Assembly (NCBI GenBank): GCA_027593235.1
Contig: JAQCIU010000013.1
Span: forward strand, 14,447-78,446
Origin: Chloroflexota bacterium
GTDB lineage: Bacteria; Chloroflexota; Dehalococcoidia; UBA2979
Reading direction: 5' to 3'
DNA: 64,000 nt
In this document: positions 56,251-64,000 of the stretch, piece after piece
How the letters are laid out: each line of letters opens with the position of its first letter
How positions within the stretch are numbered: position 1 is the stretch's first letter
The notes under the pieces: model-generated
Databases searched by the model: none
Told to the model about the DNA's origin: nothing
Seen by the model: the letters and a program-made list of their open reading frames with translations, nothing else
Translations under genes and position numbers: made by a program

Positions 56251-57595
56251 CCAGATGACGCGAGCACGACGAACGCTTGCGATGGTCGCGCTGTTCGGCG
56301 CGATCGTTTCGGCGCTCGCCCTCGAGGGTGGCGCAACGCCGACGCCGGCGACGGCGTGCGCGTTCGATCCGCTGCGGCCGGCGACCTACGAGGCGGACGC
56401 GTTGCGGGAACGCTACCTGCTGGTGATGAGCGCGGCGGCCTCGAACCAGCTCTTCCCCGGCGATCCGTATTTCGAGCTGCCGGCGGTCGAGGTGGGCACG
56501 CGCGCAAACCGCAGCTTCGGGGCGTCGGCGCTGCCGGTGGAGATCCTGCGCGCGATCGGGTGGGTGGAGTCCTCGATGACGATGGCCTCGCGGTCGACGC
56601 CGTTCGAGGCGATCGGACCGGCGCTGGTGTCGTTCGACTGCGGGCACGGGATCATGCAGGTGACGAGCGGGATGACGGTGCCGCTGGGAGCCGGAGGCCA
56701 GCCGACAAGCAACCAGATTGCCGTGGCGACCAGCGACCTCCACAACGTCGCACGTGGCGCGAGCATCCTGGCCTCGAAGTGGAACGACGCACCGGGTCTG
56801 CGACCGATCGCTGGGACGAACACGAACGCCGACCCGACGATCATCGAGAACTGGTACTACGCGGTGTGGGCCTACAACGGGTTCACGGGCCCCGGGTCAC
56901 GCCAGAGCAACCACCCGCTGGATCCGAACCAGGCGTGGCCACGCTCCGCGTACCGCTGCGACGGCACGCAATCGCGGACACGCTATCCGTACCAGGAACT
57001 CGTGTACGGTTGCGTGGCGAACCCGGCGGAGCGCGCTGGTCGCGATCTCTGGGCGGCGGTGCCAGTGTCGTTGCCGGACCTGACGAACCCGCAGTTCTTC
57101 AACGCGATGCGGCTGGCAAGTTTCGAGTTCCCCTACAACGGGATGGATATCCCGACACCGAGCCCGTCGCACCGCACGACAACCCCGCAACTTCCGGCGA
57201 ACATCCGCGCGACGCTTGCCGGTTCGCCGCAACTCTCAGTGAACGCGGGCGCGATCACGATTCATACGAACGGGACGCCGGATCAGGCGCGGGCGACGAT
57301 CCGGATCGCGAACCCGGGCAGCGGTGTGTTGTCGTGGTTCGCGAAGCCGTCCGACAATTTCCTGATCGTCGACCCACCCGCCGGCAGCGCGGTTGGCTCC
57401 GGGGTGCGCTGTACCGCATCAGGCTGCCCCAACGGCGAGATCACGGTGTCGATCAACCCCACGTTGCTCCCCGCCTCACGGGCGTCCGGGACGATCACGA
57501 TCACCTCGCCGAACGCGTCCGGCAGCACCACGATTCGAGTGCAGGTGGTCGCGGAGTTCGAGGTGGCAGCACCGGGTACGAGCCGAGCGCCCTAA
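56243..57595 (+). CDS. Secreted lysozyme-like / lytic transglycosylase-like protein with C-terminal Ig-like (BACON-like) domain
   Basis: Signal peptide; AIGWVESS, GHGIMQV and AVWAYNG SLT-type motifs; NPGSGVLSW..GTITIT. Confidence 0.75.
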   Translation: MPSQMTRARRTLAMVALFGAIVSALALEGGATPTPATACAFDPLRPATYEADALRERYLLVMSAAASNQLFPGDPYFELPAVEVGTRANRSFGASALPVEILRAIGWVESSMTMASRSTPFEAIGPALVSFDCGHGIMQVTSGMTVPLGAGGQPTSNQIAVATSDLHNVARGASILASKWNDAPGLRPIAGTNTNADPTIIENWYYAVWAYNGFTGPGSRQSNHPLDPNQAWPRSAYRCDGTQSRTRYPYQELVYGCVANPAERAGRDLWAAVPVSLPDLTNPQFFNAMRLASFEFPYNGMDIPTPSPSHRTTTPQLPANIRATLAGSPQLSVNAGAITIHTNGTPDQARATIRIANPGSGVLSWFAKPSDNFLIVDPPAGSAVGSGVRCTASGCPNGEITVSINPTLLPASRASGTITITSPNASGSTTIRVQVVAEFEVAAPGTSRAP

Positions 57596-57696
57596 CGGGT
57601 CGCCCGGTACGAGCCGAGCGCCCTCACGGGTCGCCCGGTACGAGCCGAGCGCCCTCACGGGTCGCGGAGCACCAGCCGAGCGCCCTCACGGGTCGC
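57573..57696. repeat. 31-bp tandem repeat (4 copies) of the 3' end of the preceding gene
   Basis: Unit CCGGTACGAGCCGAGCGCCCTCACGGGTCGC; AGCCGAGCGCCCT at 57581, 57612, 57643, 57674. Confidence 0.93.
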
Positions 57697-57766
57697 GGGC
57701 GAGTCGAGCGTCCACGCAGGCCGCCTATACTCAAGATTCCTCACCATCGTGCAGAACGGAGTTCCG

Positions 57767-58255
57767 ATGATCGGACGCTGGCTCAACGCGGTCCGCCGCA
57801 ACCACGGCCTCGAACACGCGACAGTCGCAATCCTGTTCGAACGGAGCGGGCCCCAGCGAATCGCGGGGCGAGCGAGCGGGAACGGCTTCTTCATCGTCGG
57901 CAAGGTCGATCAGACGGTGCTGGATGAGTGCGCCCACGAGGCGCTGCGCCGGATGCAGAACGGACAACCGGGCCTCGCGGTGTCGCCGCTCTGCGGGACG
58001 AACATCGCGGTCACCGGCCTGTTCACGGCGGCTGCAGCACTGGGCGCGATGCGTCGTGCCAAACGCCAGGGCCGCAGCGACGGCTTCATGAGCGCAACGA
58101 CGGCGGCGATGCTGGCCGTGGTGGCGGCTCAGCCGGCGGGACGTTGGCTGCAGCAGTTCGTGACGACACGAGGCGACGTCGATCAGTTGTCGATCGTGGA
58201 AACGAAGCAACTGCTCCCGGGCGTGAAGAAGGTCTTCACCCGCTCCAGCGTGTAG
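57767..58255 (+). CDS. Conserved hypothetical protein (DUF6391-like)
   Basis: RRNHGLEHAT, LAVSPLCGTN; TATACT -10 and GGAG RBS. Confidence 0.75.
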   Translation: MIGRWLNAVRRNHGLEHATVAILFERSGPQRIAGRASGNGFFIVGKVDQTVLDECAHEALRRMQNGQPGLAVSPLCGTNIAVTGLFTAAAALGAMRRAKRQGRSDGFMSATTAAMLAVVAAQPAGRWLQQFVTTRGDVDQLSIVETKQLLPGVKKVFTRSSV

Positions 58256-58295
58256 TCCGCAGATCGGGCCAGGGCCCGCGCCGCGGAAGCGCGCC

Positions 58296-59006
58296 CTAGA
58301 ACAGCGCGCCCTGGGTGTCCGCTTCCGCTTCGACCAGGCAGGCCGGGTCGTCCGCGGCGACGGCGTTCACGCGCCGGCTGACGGCGCGAGCGACGAGGGT
58401 GTCCGGGGGTGCAGGGCGCAGCAGCGCCCGGAGCCGTTCGGCGGGCTGTCCCGCCGCCAACCACTCGTCGGCCGCTTCGTCACCGTCCAGGATCGCTGGC
58501 ATGCGGTCGTGGATGTGACTGACCGCGCCGCTGGCGGGCGTGGTGATGATGGTGAAGGTCGTGGTCGGACGCAGTTCGCCGGGGAGTTGTGCTTCCGTGT
58601 AGAGCCCGGCGAAAAGCACCAGTCCATCGTCAGGACGGTGGAACCAGAACGGGCGCCGTGCCTCGCGCTCCCCCGTCCACTCGTAGAAGCCATCGGCGGG
58701 GACGATGCAGCGCGTGGCGCGGAAGGCCGCGCGGTAGGCGGAGCGCTCCTCGAGCGATTCGGCGCGGGCGTTGATCTGACGCGCGGCGCCAGTGCGGTTG
58801 GGGTCCCAGGCGTTGACGAGACCCCAGGTCGCGCGGACCAGCGCACGGTCCTCGCGGGTCGCGGCCGGGCGCACGATCCAGTGCTCCTGCATCGGCGCGA
58901 CGTTCCAGCGAGGCTGCCAGGAATCGTCGATGTCCTCGGGGGACACGCCGAGGAGGGCGGCGAGGAGATCGCGGTCCTCGATGGTCAGGGTGAAGCGGCC
59001 GCACAT
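58296..59006 (-). CDS. SOS response-associated peptidase (SRAP/HMCES family)
   Basis: MCGRF N-terminus, INARAE, RCIVPADGFYEW, IHDRMP. Confidence 0.95.
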   Translation of the reverse strand: MCGRFTLTIEDRDLLAALLGVSPEDIDDSWQPRWNVAPMQEHWIVRPAATREDRALVRATWGLVNAWDPNRTGAARQINARAESLEERSAYRAAFRATRCIVPADGFYEWTGEREARRPFWFHRPDDGLVLFAGLYTEAQLPGELRPTTTFTIITTPASGAVSHIHDRMPAILDGDEAADEWLAAGQPAERLRALLRPAPPDTLVARAVSRRVNAVAADDPACLVEAEADTQGALF

Positions 59007-59067
59007 GCGCGGATTCTACGTCAGGGGATGACGCCGGTCAGGGTCGCGGTGGTCAGGGTTGCACTGA

Positions 59068-59469
59068 TCAGGCTGGCGGCATGACCGGCCGCGAGCACCA
59101 CCAGCCGCCGAGGAGTGCGCCGGCGATGCCGAAGAGCGCGAATTCGCCGCCGACCCCACCGGGCTGGTCGGCAATGAGGGTGGCGCTGGGCATCTCATCG
59201 AGGAGGGCAAGCGCGAGCCAGGCGCCGCCCATGGCGAGCAGTCCGATGACGGCGGCAATCGTCGCCTCGCGAGAGCCGAGCTGCCGCTCAGCGAGCACGC
59301 GCGGCAGTCCAGCGGGGAGGAAGGCGATCAGCAACGGGAAGAGGTGATAGGTGGTCCCCGTGCGAGCGGTGAGCACGACGAAGATCGCTGCGGCGGCGAA
59401 CGCCACCAGCGCACCACCGACGATCCTGCTCGTTCCAGCTTCTGGCTGGTTGACCTCGACTTGAGCCAT
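59068..59469 (-). CDS. Hypothetical four-TM membrane protein
   Basis: AGGGG RBS, four hydrophobic segments. Confidence 0.65.
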   Translation of the reverse strand: MAQVEVNQPEAGTSRIVGGALVAFAAAAIFVVLTARTGTTYHLFPLLIAFLPAGLPRVLAERQLGSREATIAAVIGLLAMGGAWLALALLDEMPSATLIADQPGGVGGEFALFGIAGALLGGWWCSRPVMPPA

Positions 59470-59733
59470 GGATCCCCCTGAGCGCGCCACGGGAACAGGG
59501 TCCACGCAGCGACGACGACCGTCCGCAATCCCGATCACCATCGATCCCGCGCACCGGCTGGCGCGTGCCACGGGGCCCACGGCACCAGGGTGCGCCCTTC
59601 GCGCCTGATGGTCCGCTGACGGCGACGAGCACCTGCGGGTCCACCCAGTCGGGGGAACCCCTACGGGAACCCCCTAGTCGTGCCGACCGATTACAGAGGC
59701 GGACGCCGTCCGTCGCTGGATGAGGAACGGCCG

Positions 59734-60120
59734 ATGCAGCTACTAATCCCCCTACTCATTGCGCTGTGGACCGCGGTCGCGCCCAGCATGACCGTGCACC
59801 GACTGGACGGACCGGTTCAATTCACCGATCTGTACGGCAACGCACGGGAGGCGGAGGCCGCGATGGGCTGCCCAGCAAGCGGACCGGAGCTGTGGCTATC
59901 ACCGACGGTGACGCTGGAAACGCTGGTCCATGAGCTGGCGCACGCGCGTGACTGCCTGGACAACGGTGCGATGGACGCCAGCCTGACACAGCGTCCGGCC
60001 GTCCGGCCCGCATGGGCTTCCAACTATTGCTGGGTCTCCGACGCGGAGTGGTACGCGTGCTCGGTGGTGAAGTTCCGCAGCGTGTCCCCGCACGAGGTGC
60101 CCGGCTGGCCCGAGGGCTAG
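59734..60120 (+). CDS. Small secreted HEXXH protein (minimal zincin-like)
   Basis: Signal peptide, TLVHELAH, distal AEWYAC, four Cys; GAGGA RBS. Confidence 0.65.
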   Translation: MQLLIPLLIALWTAVAPSMTVHRLDGPVQFTDLYGNAREAEAAMGCPASGPELWLSPTVTLETLVHELAHARDCLDNGAMDASLTQRPAVRPAWASNYCWVSDAEWYACSVVKFRSVSPHEVPGWPEG

Positions 60121-60261
60121 CGCCCCGATCGGCGGCAGCCGTCAGCGGCCCGCAGCAACGGGAACCCGCTCACCTCGATGGTTCCGCCGGCTGTCCGCCT
60201 TGCCGCGCGCGCGTCCGGGTCTCGATACTCGACAAGCGCCCAACGGTTGAGAGGACACGCC

Positions 60262-61203
60262 GTGGCTCCACAGGCACTGGTTACCGGCTCATCAGGTTTC
60301 GTCGGCGGGCACGTGATGCGCCGGCTGATCGCCGACGGGTACGCGGTGACCGGCCTCGATATCGCGCCGCCACGCGGGAGCTTTGGTCCCGAGGCGCGCG
60401 AGGTGACGATGGACGTCCGCGATCACGGCGCGGTCGTGGCGCTGGTGAACGAGACACGACCCGAGCTGGTATTCCACATCGCGGCGCAGGCTTCGGTGCC
60501 CGCTTCGATGCGCGATCCGCGGACGGACGTGGAGACGAACGCGCTGGCGACGCTGGAGCTGGCGTTCGCGGCGGCGGCGATTGGTTCGCGCCGAATGGTC
60601 TTCATCTCCAGCGGCGGTGCGATGCACGGAGCACCGCCCCCGGAGGAGCTGCCGGCCAACGAGGACAGCGCCGTCGCACCGATGTCCGTCTACGGCGCGT
60701 CGAAGGCGGCGGCTGAGATCTACCTCGGCGTGGTGTCACGGCAGACGGGACTCGAGGTCTCGATCCTACGTCCCTCGAACATCTACGGTCCCGGGCAGAA
60801 CCCACACGGCGAGGCGGGCGTGATCGCGATCGTGACACGGGCGATGCTGCGCGATGAGCCGGTGACGCTGTTCGGGGACGGCAGCCAGACGCGCGACTAT
60901 GTGTACATCGATGACACGGTGGACGCCGTGATCCGCGCTTCGGAGCGCGCGCCGGAGATCTGCGACATCAGTACCGGCGTGGAGGTATCGACCGGCGCGA
61001 TCTTCGAGGAGCTGGCGCGCCTGACCGGGTACGAGCGTCCAATCGTCTACGCCGACGAGCGGGCGGGCGACATTCAGCGAATCGCGCTGGATCCGGCGAA
61101 GGCAGGACGCGTGTGGGACTGGCAGCCGCAGACGACGTTCACCGACGGCGTGGCGCGAACGGTGGACTGGTTCCGCGCTGAATTCGCCGCGGGTCGCGGC
61201 TAG
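60262..61203 (+). CDS. NAD-dependent sugar epimerase/dehydratase (GalE-like)
   Basis: TGSSGFVG, HIAAQASV, YGASK, NIYGPGQ, TRDYVYIDD. Confidence 0.92.
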   Translation: MAPQALVTGSSGFVGGHVMRRLIADGYAVTGLDIAPPRGSFGPEAREVTMDVRDHGAVVALVNETRPELVFHIAAQASVPASMRDPRTDVETNALATLELAFAAAAIGSRRMVFISSGGAMHGAPPPEELPANEDSAVAPMSVYGASKAAAEIYLGVVSRQTGLEVSILRPSNIYGPGQNPHGEAGVIAIVTRAMLRDEPVTLFGDGSQTRDYVYIDDTVDAVIRASERAPEICDISTGVEVSTGAIFEELARLTGYERPIVYADERAGDIQRIALDPAKAGRVWDWQPQTTFTDGVARTVDWFRAEFAAGRG

Positions 61204-61655
61204 TTCGCAGCGGTCCGCTCGGCGTGACCGGTCGCGGGCTCGTCAGGTGGTCTGACCACCAGCACCGGCACCGGGCTGTCGCGGAGCAGTGCCTGCGCGA
61301 GGCTGCCGAGCAGCCCGCCCAGTAACCCGGTTGCGCGCTTGCTGGTGACGACGATCGCGTCGACCTCAAGATCGCTTGCGCGCCTCGCGATGTACTCCGA
61401 CGTCTGGTCGCCGTAGGGGAGTGCCTCGACGAGCAACTGAACGGCGAAGTCCGCGTTCACGACGAGGGCTTCGAGCTGGTGGCGACGTTCGGCCATGACC
61501 TGGCGTAGCTCCTCGTCGCTCCAGGCCTCGCTGGCAGCACGCACGACGTGGAGGACGACGACCTCGGGGACGGTTTCGTCCGCCAGGGTCACGATCGCCG
61601 GGAAGGCAACGTCCCGTAGCTTTCCGGATCCGTCCGCGGCGACCAGCAGTTTCAT
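61200..61655 (-). CDS. Universal stress protein
   Basis: KLLVAADGS, VLHV, GGLLGSLAQALLRDSPVPVLVV. Confidence 0.88.
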   Translation of the reverse strand: MKLLVAADGSGKLRDVAFPAIVTLADETVPEVVVLHVVRAASEAWSDEELRQVMAERRHQLEALVVNADFAVQLLVEALPYGDQTSEYIARRASDLEVDAIVVTSKRATGLLGGLLGSLAQALLRDSPVPVLVVRPPDEPATGHAERTAAN

Positions 61656-61813
61656 CGCATCTCCCGTTCAACTGTTCGATCGATCGTAGCGCGGACCGAC
61701 GCTGTGTCAGAGGCGGTGCGGGAGATTCGTGGCGGGGAAGTGGGTGGCACGCTCAAGCACCGCGCAAGGGGGCAGCATGCCACGAGGCGATTAGCGAGGT
61801 GGGGCGACCTCGG

Positions 61814-62605
61814 TCAGGCGCAGCTCACGATGAACGGGGTGCCGGCGGGCAGCGACAGCGGGAAGTCCGAATTCACGAAGCCGGGCGCACCGGGCAGATA
61901 GCCGATGAAGGCGCCGTTCAACGTGATCCAGACCGTGGCGCGCGTGCAGCCCTTCGCCGCCACCGAGGCGATTAGTTGCTCGGGAGCGGCGGTCTCTTGC
62001 ACGACGATCAAGCCAACACCACTGGTGGGCACGGAGCCGGTCACCTGCACCGGGGCGACAGTGGTCACCGTAGGCGGCGCGGCTCCGCCCGGCGGGGAGC
62101 TGTCCACCACCGAACCGAAGTCGATCACCCAGAAGTAGCGGTAGGTGGTGCCGGGCACCTCGTGCAATGCGATGCCGGCGGCGATCGCGTCCTTCGCGAG
62201 GATGTTGGCGTAGTGCCCCGGCGACTCGATCCAGCCCTTCACCACCGAGGCAGGCGTGGCGTACCCGGCAGCGATGTTCTCGCGGATGGTTGAGTTGGCC
62301 GGGTAGTCGAAGGCGTTGAGGCGGTCACGGAGGCTGCGGCCAAGGGTGTCGGTGTGATCGAGCCCGTCGATCGTCGAGAGATCGGCGGCGAGCCAGGCGG
62401 CCGCGGCATCGAGGGTCTTCGTGGCGACGAGGGCATCGAGTCCGTTGCGCGCGCGTTCCTCGTTGATGAGGTCGAGCACTTCCTGCTCGGCTGAGGTCAT
62501 CGCGGCGTCAGCGCGCGTGGGGGTACCGACCAGCGAGAGGCCAACCGTCACGAAGACGATCACCGCCAGCGCAAGCGCTCCCGGGAGACGAGGTCGACTG
62601 CTCAT
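61814..62605 (-). CDS. Secreted CAP/SCP-domain protein
   Basis: Signal peptide, LINEERARNGL, ENIAAG, WIESPGHYANIL, FWVIDFG. Confidence 0.9.
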   Translation of the reverse strand: MSSRPRLPGALALAVIVFVTVGLSLVGTPTRADAAMTSAEQEVLDLINEERARNGLDALVATKTLDAAAAWLAADLSTIDGLDHTDTLGRSLRDRLNAFDYPANSTIRENIAAGYATPASVVKGWIESPGHYANILAKDAIAAGIALHEVPGTTYRYFWVIDFGSVVDSSPPGGAAPPTVTTVAPVQVTGSVPTSGVGLIVVQETAAPEQLIASVAAKGCTRATVWITLNGAFIGYLPGAPGFVNSDFPLSLPAGTPFIVSCA

Positions 62606-62739
62606 GAACGAATCATCGACGAGCGGATCCTCCGCGATTACTGCAGGTCCGTAGGCGCGAGAACCCTCGAAGCGTAAGAAATCGCTATCGTGACGGACAC
62701 CGCGAGGACCCCAATCGACCGGCGAGGAGACCCGTAGAC

Positions 62740-62931
62740 ATGACGTTGGCACTCATCGTTGGTGGTTGTGGCGTATTGCTGGCGTTCCTGATGGCTGATT
62801 TTGCGGAGCGACTCCGACGCCGAGTGTATGAGGCCCGGGGCCGACAAGCGCCAGTTAGTCCATTTAAGCGTTATGTAACGGTCGCACTGTCGGTGTTCTT
62901 CGTCGCCTGGAGCATGGTCGCGTACCTCTAG
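62740..62931 (+). CDS. Small two-TM membrane protein
   Basis: GAGGAG RBS; two hydrophobic helices separated by a basic loop. Confidence 0.55.
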   Translation: MTLALIVGGCGVLLAFLMADFAERLRRRVYEARGRQAPVSPFKRYVTVALSVFFVAWSMVAYL

Positions 62932-63101
62932 CCGCCCTGTGCAAGGCCCTGGCGCCTACGAGAGCGCGTAGAACGCCCGCATTCACGGGCCTGTTCCGCA
63001 ATCCTCCGAAAGAGGGACGCGTAAGATCGAGCGCGATCCGACGATGCTGAAAGGCCGGCCACGGATGTGGCGAGGCGCGGTGGTGCACAAGGGGCCCGAC
63101 G

Positions 63102-64000
63102 ATGACCGATGCGTTCGCGGCCGCCTACCCAGCGAGATGGTCGTGGCGGGCGAAACTACTGCTTCCCGCCGTCCACCCGATGACGCTGGTACGAGCGATC
63201 CACCTGGGATTGATGTTCCCACTGGGGATCGCGTCGTTCGTTTTCCTGGTGGTGACCCTGGCTGTTGGTGGGTCGCTGATCTGGACGCTGATCGGCCCGA
63301 TCGTCCTGTTGCTGGGCCTCTACATCTCGCGCTGGTTCGGCGACCTAGAAGCGTGGCGCGTACGGCACGTGGCGGGCATCGAACTGCGGCGCCCGCCGAC
63401 CGGGATTGAACGAGGCCAGTCGTTCCGGCAGCAGGTGAAGACGCGACTGATCGATCCCTCGACGTGGACGGGGCTGATCTACCTGCTGATTCAGTTCCCG
63501 ATCGGGATCGTGGCGTTCGTCTGGTTGGTGGTCCTGGGCGCGGTGGCAGGCGCGCTGATGGCGGCCCCGTTGTTGGTGCAGTTCTCCGAGCCCAGCAGCG
63601 GCATTCAGATCATGATCGATTTCGGATTCTGGTCGACGAATCTAACCAAGCAGGGAGAGATCGCGCTGGCGCTGGTCCCGGTCGGCGTGCTGGTGTACTT
63701 CGTGCTGGTGCACAGCATCTACATCGGTACCGCGGTGCACGCCTCCTGGGCCCGGTTAATGCTGGGCAGCCGTGCCGAGCCGATCGCCCTGGGGCCGGCG
63801 GAACGGCCGGAGCCGCCCCCGCCACCCACGACCGGGATCGACATGCCCGCCGACGAGGAGGCTCCGGTGGCGGCGCTCGCGTCCGGCGAGGAGTCCGACC
63901 CGGCCGCGCCAGCCCTCGAGGACGAGGTAGCGGCACCCGAGGTCCCCGCGGCCGCGCCCGAGATCCCGGCGGCGCCGCTGGAGCCGGCGGCTCCGGATCC
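63102..64000 (+). CDS. Membrane 'putative sensor' domain protein, running off the window (absent from the ORF track)
   Basis: AAGGGG RBS, ATG 63102, open to the end: LMFPLGIASF..DPSTWTGLIYLLIQFPIG..WARLMLG, then a Pro/Ala/Glu linker. Confidence 0.8.
   Translation, partial: MTDAFAAAYPARWSWRAKLLLPAVHPMTLVRAIHLGLMFPLGIASFVFLVVTLAVGGSLIWTLIGPIVLLLGLYISRWFGDLEAWRVRHVAGIELRRPPTGIERGQSFRQQVKTRLIDPSTWTGLIYLLIQFPIGIVAFVWLVVLGAVAGALMAAPLLVQFSEPSSGIQIMIDFGFWSTNLTKQGEIALALVPVGVLVYFVLVHSIYIGTAVHASWARLMLGSRAEPIALGPAERPEPPPPPTTGIDMPADEEAPVAALASGEESDPAAPALEDEVAAPEVPAAAPEIPAAPLEPAAPD

Noticed and set aside
62998-63030. c-di-GMP-I riboswitch (GC-AAT-CCTC-CGAAA-GAGG-GAC-GC resembles its P2)
   Set aside because: The junction nucleotides and the receptor-bearing P3 are not recognisable; probably a simple hairpin near a TAAGAT -10

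Overview
High-GC bacterial chromosome segment, most consistent with Chloroflexota (Dehalococcoidia-like); the taxonomy is an inference from gene content and protein style. Most of it is housekeeping: proS, nusA-infB-rbfA-truB, prfB with its programmed frameshift, folD, acpS-nnr-fabD-fabF-fabF-recJ, a divergent EF-G, tyrS-ribF-scpA, a T-box-controlled trp operon and tyrA-aroA-remA-gmk. Accessory loci are a nirK/Rrf2 region, an erm-like methyltransferase, a PIM-like glycolipid cluster, a TIGR04283/radical SAM/TIGR04282 block that splits trpB from trpA, and secreted proteins behind a structured leader. The most notable unannotated signals are: (1) a Trp-Trp leader ORF between the Trp T-box and trpE that overlaps, and can pair with, the trpE start; (2) an RAR-motif leader that is one G out of frame with the erm-like gene; (3) an unrecognised structured 5' UTR ahead of a lytic-transglycosylase-like operon; (4) three 30-32 bp tandem arrays seeded from gene ends; (5) many apparently leaderless genes; (6) several pseudoenzymes. 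No rRNA, tRNA, CRISPR array or transposase was seen. All family calls come from motif recognition by eye, not database searches.
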